Assembly (NCBI GenBank): GCA_023213395.1
Contig: CM041465.1
Span: forward strand, 233,499,741-233,563,740
DNA length: 64,000 bases
Direction of reading: 5' to 3'
From: Cycas panzhihuaensis
Taxonomy: Eukaryota; Plantae; Cycadophyta
The first letter of the stretch is position 1. Every line of letters begins with the position of its first letter. This document shows positions 41,380 to 53,800 of this stretch, in pieces. A model generated the notes under the pieces. The model saw only the letters and a program-made list of their open reading frames with translations. It did no database searches and had not been told where the DNA came from. Position numbers and translations under genes: made by a program.

Positions 41380-44300
41380 TGATAGAATTCTAAGACACAG
41401 ATGAACAGAACTGAATGGTTCAATGCTTATTGATCAACTGAATGGAAATTTATACAAGTTGGAGTTGTAACTCCTTTGGAACTAAATGTAACCACTACAT
41501 GTCTAACTGACACGTGTCCAAGTGGTGAGTGTCTTAAGTTACATACAAAGTGGGTCTCTAGATAAAACATTATATCCAACACCCTCTCTTAATGTTTTAT
41601 CCGGTTAATCCTATTTTGTCTCTGAGAATTTGAAATTTGTCTTTGCCCAGAGGCTTGGTCAGAATGTCAACCACTTGATCTGAAGTTGGGCAGTACACAA
41701 GATTGATTTCCTTACTTTGAATCTTTTCTCGGATGAAGTGTTGATGCACCTCAATGTGTTTTGTTCTGGCATGCAGTACTGGGCTCTTTGCAATCTTGAT
41801 TGCACTTTGATTGTCGCAATGGAGTATAGTGGCTTCTTGTTGAGATAGATTTAGATCCTGAAGAAGTTGCCTCAACCAAACTGCTTCTGTGGTGGCACTG
41901 ACAGCTGACTTGTACTCTACTTCTGTCGATGATAGGGCCACGGTGGCTTGTTTCTTACTGCTCCAGGACATAGGAGCTGATCCAAGGAAGAAGCAATGTC
42001 CACTAGTGGATTTTCTTTGTTCCTTGTCACACCTTGTCGAGTCACGATGATTCGATTAACTGAGTTGTATTCTCCTTTAGATATGTCAACTTTAGTTCTG
42101 TTGTTGCCTTCAGATACCTTAGTATCTTCTTTGCTACTTGCCAATGTCTTCGTCTTGGCTTATGCATGTATCTAGATATTAATCCCACAGAATAAGCAAT
42201 GTCAGTGCAGTTTCTTTGTCAGATAGATGAGACTCCCAACAAGTTGCCTGTACAATGTGACATTGATGTGAGGTTCTTCTTCGTCTGGTATCTGTACAAA
42301 GGCTTGACTGCCAAATACCTTTAGATGGCTAACATCTGGTTTTTTTCTTGTCCAGGCTTCTTCAGGTGTAAGATGTTCTACTGCTTTGGTTGGGCTCCTA
42401 TTCAGTAAGTAGCATGCAGTGTTTACTGCCTTTGCCCAATAATTCTTTGGGACTCCTTTCCCATGCACCATACTACGAGCCATTTCCATGATCACTCTGT
42501 TCTTCCTTTCTGCCACCCCATTAGATTGAAGTGTATGGGGAGTGGTGATCTGTCTTCGAATTCCATTGACTTTGCAATATTCCAGGAATTCTTTTGAAAT
42601 GTATTCACCTCCCCCATCTGATCGTATGCATTTGATTTTTTCTTCGGACTCTAGTTCAACTTCTGCTTTGAACTCTTTGAATGTTGCATATACTTCAGAT
42701 TTGTTATGCAAAAAATAGACCCATATTTTCCTTGTCATATCATCTATGAAGGTGAGAAAGTATCTGCATCCGTTGATGGAGTGCGGAGTGAGCGGTCCAC
42801 ATATATCAGTGTGAATGAGTTCTAGTTTCTTTTGGGCTCGCCATTTGCTTTCCTTGAAGGGCAATCTTTGTTGCTTCCCTGATTGGCAACTTTTACATAC
42901 AAAATTATCTGAAGTGATTGATGGGAGTCCATCAACTAAACCTTCCTTTTTCATTTTTTTAATTTGTCTAATGGAAGGTGTCCATACTTGAAATGCCACA
43001 TTTTGTCATTATGATTTACAGCAGTGCATGCTTTTACAACAGGCAGGACAGGATATGAAAGCAACCTATACAAGTCATTACTTTCTATCCCCTTTGCAAT
43101 TACATGGCCATTATTTTTCATGTCAAGGATATAACAATATCCTTTTTCATTAAAGACAGTTCTCAGACCCTTTTTTCCAAGTTGGGATACAGACAGAAGA
43201 TTCATCTTTATGTCAGGAACTAACAACACATTTCCAATTTTTTTGATGCTACCTTGCAGTTCTACAACAATGGTTCCTACACCTTTGATATTGAGGGGAT
43301 ATTTATCCCCTAGCTCCAAAGATTTGTCTGAGGCATAAGGCTGCAAGGTTTTGAACCACTCCTCCCAGTTGGTCATGTGACGCGATGCTCCTGAGTCGAT
43401 GTACCACACGTCTTTATCTTGGAGAGATACGGCAAGAGCAACGATGAATGCGGTCTCCTCCTCTTCTTCTTCATTTTGTTCCTTGCTGTAATTGCCCATG
43501 GGTCTTTTACCTTTCTGAATGTCAGCTCTCTTAGTTGGGCATTGGTATGGAAAGTGTCCTGCTTGGCCACAATGATAACACAGGTCCAATGCTCTACAGG
43601 AACTTGCAAAATGACCGGTCTTACCATAGTTGTAGCACAGTCTTGATGCTGAGATGCATCCTCTTCCTCGCGAATCTTTCCATCTTCCTCGTGACTGGGC
43701 TCTGAACTCTGGAGCCCTTCCTCGTCCTCTGCTTCTTCCTCTGGTTCCCAAATTTAGTCTGGATACAAAGGCATCTTCAAGTTCTGCAGAGTCTTCATAT
43801 CTTCTATTTCTTTGTTCCTGCCTTAGGAGTAGTCCTGTGAGTGTGTCTAATGTCATTGTTGCTATCTGATCATTATTTGTAATAGTGTTAATTGTGACAT
43901 TGAAGGATTAGGCAATTTACTGGCTACCATTTCAACTAGTTCAGAATCAGAAATTGTAGATCCTGCACTAAGTAGATCATTCTGTAAGGATATGACTTTG
44001 TGCATGAATTCAGTCGCAATTTCAGTTTTTTTCATGTGTATCTTGAATAATTCTTCCTTGAGTGCCACTATTCTAGCTTTATTCTTTTGACCATACAATT
44101 TCTCAAAGCACTTTCAGATTTCAATAGTAGTGGTTAAGTTTTCCACATCCACAAGTAGCGGGTTAGAAATGGATAACTTAAGCACTATTACTCCAGCACT
44201 ATCCCGTTCTTCCCAGCTTGTTAGATCTGCCTCAGCTGTTTTAGGCTTGTCTTCCTTTTCAAGAGCTATTTGCCAAGCATTTTTGGCTATTTTGATTTTC

Positions 44301-45195
44301 CATATATGGTAGTTGTTGTCAGGGAGTTTGTCTGAATCAGAGAGAGCCAAGATAGAAGAAGACATTATGGACACAAAAAACAAGTTGCAGACGTCCTAGG
44401 TTGTACAACGGTACGGATTTTCGTACGGTACTGAAGGTGTACGGATGAAGGCAAACTATACCTCAAAAGAAAGTTGGTGACAAGAGGATTCCAGATCTGA
44501 AATTATTTTTCTAAGGCAGTCCCTAGTTTGGGATAAAAACAGTCTGAAAAGCAATCTTGGCGGTTAGTTTTTTTTGAGAAAAATGCTCATATCAATCAAA
44601 TCACTCATTTAAATTGGTCAAAATCAGTCACAATGGGGGCGTCTGAGTACAGAGAGTTTATGAACGTTTTCGGAGAAAATCGAGAGAAATCGAGGATTTT
44701 GGGTACTGTGTCTCAAGACCCATGCCCTTCAAAACTGGGTAAAACCCTTGAACGGCTCGATGACTTCGTGCCAGTAGAGAAAGATGACGAGGATGGTCTG
44801 ATCTACCTTCTGGCCAAATTTCAGCTCATTCTGAGCACTTCGAATTTTTGTCCGTACGGTTCCGTACTGTGTCCGTACACAGTCAAAATTCTTCTCTCCT
44901 TTGTTTTGATTCTGGACTGGGCTTTCAGCTACCTCCTTCTTGCCTTCTGAACTTATTCAGTCTTTCACACAGTTATTCTACGTTTATCTTGCTTGGACAC
45001 AACTTGAATCATTGGCACAACCCTCTCTCAATCAGACAGGATGACCTGCTCTGATACCATGATAGAATTCTAAGACACAGATGAGCAGGCTGAATGGTTC
45101 AATGCTTATTGATCAACTGAATGGAAATTTATACAAGTTGGAGTTGTAACTCCTTTGGAACTAAATGCAACCACTACATGTCTAACTGACATGTG
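41380..45195 (-). mobile_element. Element L: Copia with internal INT-RT deletion and truncated 5' LTR, inserted in the H gag zinc knuckle
   Basis: 3' LTR 41380-41581. 5' LTR 45060-45195 is truncated, with about 5 differences over the shared ~135 bp. PBS complement at 45048-45059, gag ATG at 44365. ORFs 42951-43856 (gag/PR), 42202-42999 (INT fused to RT end) and 41597-41971 (RH). Confidence 0.92.
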
Positions 45196-46296
45196 CATTG
45201 AACATATTGATAGCAACCATGATGTTAAAGTTGTTTAAAAAAGTTCTTGAAGGTAGCGGATGACTTGGAGACCCAAGGCTTTTGCTGCTTAAGTTACACC
45301 TTCAAGCACAGCAACAACCCTAATCTTACAAGGAAGATCCAACAACTGAAGAGAGTGATGGAAAATGGAGGGCTAGGAAAGAGTTGGTCCAACCCTAATC
45401 TTTCTAAATAGATCTAACAGTTGGCCAAGTCAAATCTAGGGCAAGCAAGATAGGGTTGATCTACACATTCATACCATGCTTACCTTAGTATTCAAAACCT
45501 TAATAACACCCTTTTTGAACCTTCTTTTCTTTAAGATTAATTTCAATTGTCATGCATTGATCGTACGGTTGGTTGGTCCCCTAGGGAATGCACCAAGCTT
45601 GAGATTTTTAGAGGCAAGGTTTGAACCCTTTTTCAGACCTCTCCAACAAGATTTTTAACCAATTTTTTAATGGTTAAAGTTGCCTTAAGATAAATTGCTT
45701 AAGTGAGTAATAATGTTGTTTTATAATGCTTGATAAAACTCAGTACAAGAGAGCTTCAAATGAAGCAAATTGAGTACAAATAAGAACACTTAAAGTGTTT
45801 GCAAAAGGTACTTGAAAAAGTAAAAAAGTACTAAGTGCCAAATGAAGAGATGCTAGCTTGTTTATTGTGCTTTGAGTGGTTTCATTTTAAAATGAAAAAA
45901 TGACTACAAAATGCCAATTTTAATAAAGTACACTAAGAGAACACGCCACCACAACATTAGGAGTTTAAAATAGTCCTAATTGGATCCAAATAAAGTTTAT
46001 TTTTTTAATTAAGAAAGTGATTTTGAGCCCTTTTTATGACTTAGGGTATGAAGGTCACTATGCAGGGAGCCTTAGAAAAATAAGCACAATATATATTTTT
46101 CATAAAAAGTACATGAAATCACTAGTTTTGAGTTAATTTTTACACTTGCAAGTCTTTTTATGTGAAAAAATGACTCAAAAAAATAAAAAAAAGGCTGAAA
46201 TTTCTTTAAAAGTGATGAAGTAATATTAAAAGAACACTAAAAGTTAAAACTTTAGAAAAGAAAAATTATGAAAAAAGGAGTATTCAAGGTATATCC

Positions 46297-46695
46297 TATC
46301 ATAATGTAATGTTTAATGTAAGGTGTGTCTTAGAGTCAATAAATTCATAGTCCTAAGTGTTTTGTTAGGGTCTAAAGGTCATACATTATAATAATGTTAT
46401 GTGAGAAGTTAGAAGGTCATTGGTTAGTTGGTAGGTGAATAGTCATTGGGTAGGTCAACAGTTATATTGTCCCACATGTATCCCATCACATTTATGTATT
46501 CCCACCTATGATGTATAAATAGGTGGTTGAGGTAGAGTAGAGGAGGAAGTCATCATGGAGATTCATGTTGAGTCTATGGTGTAATAGTATTCTAATGTAA
46601 TCTTGCTTATGATGAGTTAATACAGTTTATACTTTGTTCATCAATCTTGTTGATTGTGTTTGGTGTTGAATGCTTCCCATGTTGAAAATCTAACA
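46297..46695 (+). mobile_element. Solo LTR in the leader of H
   Basis: Starts TA (decayed TG) and ends TAACA. TATA box TGTATAAATAGG at ~46512. TSD TATCC at 46292-46296 and 46696-46700. No PBS or PPT. Confidence 0.75.
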
Positions 46696-48304
46696 TATCC
46701 TTAATTTTATAACCTAAGGTATTTTTTATAAAAGTACAAAAATCTCATGATTTTTCTAAAATTACGATGACGGTGGCGAAAATATGAAGACAAAGATGAA
46801 TATCTCGAGAACTACTAAATGGATCGCAAGGAAATTTTGGACGTAGGGTCAACAACCTCCGACAAAGATACTTCTTAGATTTGATGTGGTTTGGTGCGAT
46901 AGAGAGAGAGAGAGAGAACGAGCTATTTCTTCATTTGAGTGGGCGCATGGCTGGCAAGAGTTCAAATGGACCAGCGGGAGGAGAAAAACTCTTCGTAAGT
47001 GCCTTTTTGACATTGAAATCTCCTCAGCTAGGGCAGAGACACCTCTCGAGAGCTGCAAGGAGCTTCAATGATGAGCCAGTAGGGAGAAACGAGTAAAAAA
47101 CAATTTTTTTTCTGCTAAAAATCACTCTAAATAATGACAAATCTGCTTAATACATAGAGAAGCTATTGAGGTGCAACAATTTGACTGAGATGAGCAAATT
47201 TTGAAGTTAGCAGAGGTGAATCACACTGTGTACCTGCAAATCAACTAAGAAATCTTGCATAAATAATTTTTATTTGCAAAAAAATAAAGAAAAACAATGT
47301 ATTCTAAATCTTTTCTTTGTTGTAAATAATGAGTGAACCCTAGAAAATTTTTCAGAAATTAGTTTTGGTGTGTTTAACCTCCAAATGCCTTGAAAATAAT
47401 AAAAAAAAAAACTAAAAAACTAAACAAAACAGCTCTTGGATCGTCTTCGGAGAGCGCAGGTTGTCACCAAGGATTTGGAGTCCCACTTTTGAACTTGAAA
47501 CAACCAAGAACTCCTCTTCAACAAGCTCTAATACCAAATGTTGAAGATGACATGTAGCCTTCACACTAGTTGATGATGAATACAACCCTTAGGATCTCAT
47601 GAAGAGGAAGTTTGCTAGCATAAGGAGATGATTAGCATCCACAATAAGTAGCTTAAAATATAAGCACCTAAGCAAGCATGAAACAAATGAACTCAAATAC
47701 GAGTAGACCACAAATATGGAGGAGTAAGAATTTGTCCTTACTTCAAAATAAGCAAAATTGGCTTGGATTCAAATTAGCAACATAACAGTGCAATACTCAC
47801 TCACATCATGTGATACATGAGGTTTGACCTCCTTATATAGAAGTGTGTTACAAACCACCTTAAATGAAGTAATCAACCAATCATTATCGAAAGGTCTTGT
47901 TGAATGGGTGCAACTATTCATGAAAGAGCCCTATTGTGTGCATATAAATATGCCCCAAATGTAACATTTATTATCACTTATTTTATCAATCAAATTATTT
48001 GGTCTCTTTTGACTATTCAAATCTTCAAACGCACTTGTGTAATCATTTAAATCAGTCGTCCTTTTAAGTTACGAAAAAGGTCTGCAACAAATGGTATTAG
48101 AGCAAGAATTCTTTGGAGCATCTTCAATTGTGACTGACATTCCTTACATCATCCTCCATTCCTCTATCACGTCTTCTTTTATCCCATCATTCAGAGAGTC
48201 ACTTGTTGGCTAGTCAATATACCTAACCTTTAATAAAACCTTCGTTCTAGAACCGTTGATACATTATCACTTGGGCATCTATACGCCTGTACCTCTACGT
48301 CACC

Positions 48305-48410
48305 CACCATATCGCTTTAGCATACACGCCCATAGTGTGCATTAAGCTACCATATCGCCACCATATCACTTTAGCATACACGGCCGTAGTGTGCATTAAG
48401 CTACCATATC
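48305..48410. repeat. About 53-bp tandem repeat x2 in the leader of I
   Basis: CACCATATC.CTTTAGCATACACG.CC.TAGTGTGCATTAAGCTACCATATC occurs twice. Confidence 0.85.
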
Positions 48411-49365
48411 TGTTGTTAAGTCTACGCCATCATTTTTTCCATTGTTGCAAATATATTAACCACCATAGCAAGTCTGCTTGTGGTGCTGTGAGCGTGATGT
48501 GGTCAGCTTTGTTTCCTTAATTACTCCAATTCCATTCAACGCTTGTTACTTCATAAAGTGATTGTATCCTTTCTTGTTCTAATCTAGCGCCAAACCATTA
48601 GATCTCGTGTGGGTTGCTTAATTGACCTACGTACATATCACTCCTTCGTAGTTGCATATATGCTCTTATGTACATTTATTCTTACGTTCAGTTGGTTATT
48701 TTCCGGCTGTTGACCTATGTGCATATTGCTCTTTCATTCATTGAGGTGGTGTATCACTCTTTCTTTGTTCACTAAAGCGACAACTGTACATCGCATCGGG
48801 ATTGGCAACAATACATGGAGTTTTCATACCTCCCATTTTAGTGGTCGCAATTCATTAAACACCATACTAAAATTTTTCAAAATCGTTATTAAATTTACAA
48901 ACATCTGAGCAACGCACATCTAAATACTCCATTGCCGCGGCCAACAAGGTTATTAGTATGGAGCCTTTCAATTGATCTATGAGATCTGCTATTGCACATC
49001 ATTTTGTGTGCATCTGTTCACAAGCAGTGCTAGGTATAAGGCGATTGCAAACGCAAAGCAATTTGCGCAAGGAGCTAGTCGTGTGCAATAGGTGATAGTA
49101 GGTTGATTACGCAGACAAAGTGAAATTTTTGGTGAGCGACAACATTATATTATTGATCTATGTGAAACAATATACAATCCGATGAACTACTGAAACCTGC
49201 TAAATACATACGCATACGTAGGTTGGGAACATTATTAAAATATCATATATATAAAGTGGTCAAGTCACTTGATATCCTACATCAGACGGGAACAATCCAA
49301 AGTGCAATATCGACATATTCCAATATATTTGCAGACTCTGATATATCTGGTGAGAGAACCGTCCT

Positions 49366-49392
49366 CTATATACTGTGGTGCTCGTTGATATG

Positions 49393-49439
<47 letters not shown>

Positions 49440-49489
49440 AGAAGTATATCATGCCAACTCATTTTAATAATAATATGTATTGTTGAGTC

Positions 49490-49542
<53 letters not shown>

Positions 49543-49623
49543 TATAGATATTGAAGTAGATATATACTGTGGTGCTTGTTGATATGCCTATATATCTATG
49601 AGCACCACAGTATATATCTACTT

Positions 49624-49661
<38 letters not shown>

Positions 49662-49710
49662 AAGTATATCATGCCAACTCATTTTAATAATAATATGCAT
49701 TGTTGAGTCG
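49366..49710. repeat. (TA)n cluster with a local duplication and a perfect 29-bp inverted repeat
   Basis: TA tracts at ~49395-49437, 49491-49540 and 49627-49658. Duplicated GAAGTATATCATGCCAACTC...TTGAGTCG. Inverted repeat arms at 49548-49576 and 49601-49629. Confidence 0.9.
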
Positions 49711-50857
49711 ATGCCATCACATACGTATATATTGCAGTTTGCAAATATTTTGTTGTTTATTGAAGTTTTTGTATGTGATAAGGGCAAGAAAAGTCCACCA
49801 AGGTCAGTGATAAGGGTGTGCCTTTATACCTACACACACTGCCCAACAGATAACCTCACACAGGAAGATAAGAAGGTGATTTTATACCCACGTAGGAAAG
49901 AATATATGAGAAATAAAAGAATGTCTGTGTATACGTTCGTGTATACGTTTGCGTAGCCGAAATATAAATTCATTCCCCCAAAATATATATTTACGCCGTC
50001 ACAATATATAACATTAATCCAATATTTCATTATTGGCAGCTACAAATTCACTCATTTCATCATTAAAACATTAACTCTGAATTCACTAGATGCATATGCC
50101 ATATTGTTATTAGGCGACAGTATTATTACCTTCATTAAATAAACTAGCTAAACCTATAACTATCATTAGTGCCTCTGTGTCGAGTCATGGAGTAAACTAG
50201 TGTTGCCTGCTTTAGTGTATTAACTAGGGCACTTGTATATTTTGACAGTCGTCGTCTTAACCAGTAATACATCTACCTCTATGTGTTGACCAGAGCATTT
50301 CAACAAAGGTTTCTATATATATATATATATATATGCAATGCTATTTTGTCTTCAATCAAGCCTAACATTAACATAAATACTATATTCCACACATATAATT
50401 CGTACAAGAACTTAATTTGCTAGTATGTCTACAATTTGGCACAAAGTGCATTGGTTGGGTGCTCCCTTATTGCAAAGGCTTTAAAAAAATTATATATTCA
50501 GACGCTTGTTAATTGTGACAATTACATAGTGTCATTGTAATGCCAACTTTAAATTAATAACACAATCGCCTGCCACTCTGTTGTCTATATTGAAGTTGAG
50601 GTTCGCCTGCATATATTGAAGGTCTTGCTATATTGAATAAAGCCCAACATCGTAACTCGCTTAACGAAGATAATTTCATTCTAGGTTGCTCGACTACTTA
50701 TATTAAAGTGCATAGATTGAAGTTGCATATAACATATTGAATCCTTGTTATAGTTGGTGAATCCCTTACCTCTAAGCCATTGTGAAGGGCATCTCATAAC
50801 AATAAATAAGATAATATAGTGGGAGTCAGTAAAGACACTCAAAAGCAAGGTGAAGGA

Positions 50858-53800
50858 ATGAGAGCATTATTTTAAGGAATAAGATTTATGCTAATAGGAT
50901 TTGACCCTACAACACAGAATGAATATGCAACAGATCTTGAGTACAATGGAGCACTCGACGTGGGACGATATAATGTGAGTTGTACTCATATCATTGTTTA
51001 TCAGCTTACATACAATGATCCTATTTGTGTTATGGCTAGGAAGGATGGGAAGGTGTTGATTATACACTTATGGGTTGCAGACAATTTGGCTAGGGGAATG
51101 TTTGCAGATACTAATAAGATTTTGTATAGACCTATAAGAGATATGGTTGGCATTCCAAATAGTGCATGCTTATGCATTTGCTTCATAGGATATCAAGGTC
51201 AAGATTGTTGTGACATTATGAGAATGGTTGAAATAATGGGGGCACATTTTACAAAGCCATTAATTGCGAGTAAAGTAACACATCTCATTTGTTACAAGTA
51301 TGAAGGGGACAAGTACAGGGTTGCTAAACAAATGGGAATAAAGTCAGTCAACCATCATTGGCTTGAAGATTGTTTGAAGGTTTGGGCATTACTTCTTGAA
51401 AAGAATGTAGCGTTCCCAAAATAATGAAGAAGTCAGTTTTACTTAATATGGTGAAGTCAGTTTTTAGAAAAGAATTAAAAGAAGAATTATTTATTTTATT
51501 ATGAAGTCGGTTTTTTGGAGGGAAAAGTAAGAAGTTGGGTTTGAAGGCTATAAATATAGAGCCTCCCTCATTTTGAAGATCATCTTGGAGAATTTCGGTT
51601 ATGAAGGGATAATGGCCTCGTGCCTACTAGAGGATTGCGCCTGCCTCGAAGAGGGTTGCAATTGGACACTTTGTATCAGATGACATTGTTCTGATTATTT
51701 ATTATATTATTTAAATCCTGCTATCAATGTATGCATGATATGTATGACTATGGGACTATGTGTTTAGGAGAGTTATTGTTGTAATTATATTTCATCTGTT
51801 GGTAAATATACGAGATCTGCCATATGTTGTGAATTATTGTCGTCAATTGCTAGAAATTGCTTTTGTCTGTTGTGTTTCTTCGAATGGGTCCGCTACATTT
51901 GGTATTAGAGCTGCGTGAAAAAAAAAAATCTAGGGGTTTGAAATAGAAAATAAAAGCCACGTGAACAACAAAGCTGAGCGAATGCAAAGATCAGAGACTA
52001 TATTTCATGGAGGGTTTAAATGATGAAAATCTGTATGAATACGTTGTATGGGAGAATTCTGGTATACGCCTAAATCCTTAAAGATTGTATGGGAGAATCA
52101 ATAAGTTGTCCTGCCTAGCTGTGACTATGGAAATTAGAGGAGCCAACATGTATATATGTAATCACAAAATAATTATGACCAGTCGAGTATCATTGTAGCC
52201 GCCAAGAAATGTATGATTCCCAAGTGTAAAGGTGCCTCATGGGAGAATTAGATCTGTGTAAGGAAGTTTGCATACCCCACCGGAACCTTGGGAAGACTGC
52301 ATAAATATGTCGTTCTGTGCCCTATTCCATTGAGATCTCGGTTTTTGCCCAGACGAACAGAAGCACCGAAGAGATACTATGGAAACAACGACCGAAGCAT
52401 AGATAGAAGAGAAGAGAAAGTTCAGAGATATCCTTATCTACGTCATCGGTACATATTGTATGTAAAAGATACGCCACAGAGAAAATAATACCAAGAGGAA
52501 AAGTAACCACAATCACCATGTGCTACAATTGGTACCACCGCATGACGCCTGTCGCAGTCTGGATTTTCACCATTACATAAGGGTTTCTGTAGCATCTTTC
52601 CCCATAAAGAATCAATCGTTTCCCTCGCTCGAGGAAATCAAGGTTAGCGTGCATACCCTCTGATTTCATAGTAATCATCGAACGATTGAGCATCATTATT
52701 ACCCGAGGTCGTTGTCGCTTGAAGCCCTGTAACAAGATCTATTTCTACCAGGCCCATGTGAAGAACTTATTGTCCTCTGTCTTAATCATGTTTGTGCCAT
52801 CCACCTTGAATCATGACCCCCTATTCGTCTACCATTGCGTGTGACTGGCTATCGATTTGATCTACCCATCGCGTACAATCTTTCGTATCGTTGTTCGTTG
52901 GAGTGGTGTTGTTGATTTCTATCCAATTCAAACCTGGTTTGATCTATTTGGTTGAACGCTTGGTTGAATAGTCGCCCATTGACCAGCCTTTATTAAATTA
53001 TTTGCGTGCAAATATTAAGTTTATTTTTTTCAAGGTTTTTATTACATTAAAACAGATTGAATGTATAGTCGGAGTTCGTCTCTCTCAAGGTCATGTGTTT
53101 GGTCAATATGACCTAGGGTTAATTCTAATAGGGGTTTAACAAAAAAAAAAAAGAAGAAAGAGTCTTTTTATATTTTACATTTAAAGGAGATAGTTGGCAC
53201 TTTTTCCCATATCTCCTGTCGTAGGTGTTAGATTGCAGTGTCGTATGAACCATTGGGTTCCTGGTTTAGAGACGTTCATAACAAGTGGTTATATACAATA
53301 GTTTTGACCAACAGAGAATATAGATTTTAATTGTCGAAGTGAAGCCTCCACTGAGTAAGAAAAATAGAAACAAACTTTTTTGGTTTGGAGGATTATGAAG
53401 ACATGAAAAAATGGATAGAAGACTTCGAGTTTACGTCCGATACAGAAATGAAAAAATATGGACCATTATTAGAAATGATATTGAATGGACAAAGCTTATG
53501 AGTGGTTTATTAACTGGGCTAAAGAACCTTTTCTATGGTACCAGTTTTCAGAGGCAGCTACCACAACTTTTAAGAAACATAAGCAGGGTGAGGTTCATGC
53601 AGATGAGGAAGGGCAAGAAGAAGACATTGTTAATGAGGAGATTCTAGAGGTCTTGCAAGAGCTAGAACGAGATCTAGCACAAAGAAAACAATATGACAAC
53701 ATAGAAGACTCGAAGCAGGTACAAGCAATAGAAGAGTCTCATTTCAAAATCAGAGAGGAAATCCAAAGTGAAGTTATACAGGAGCAACACGAAGACAATG

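Noticed and set aside
49223-49956. ORFs with YIYIYI runs
   Set aside because: They are translations of (TA)n microsatellites.
50858-51424. BRCT ORF as a functional nested host gene
   Set aside because: It has an in-frame stop at codon 6, is disrupted by element J with further stops after it, lacks introns and lies between the LTRs of element I. It is treated as a captured pseudogene.
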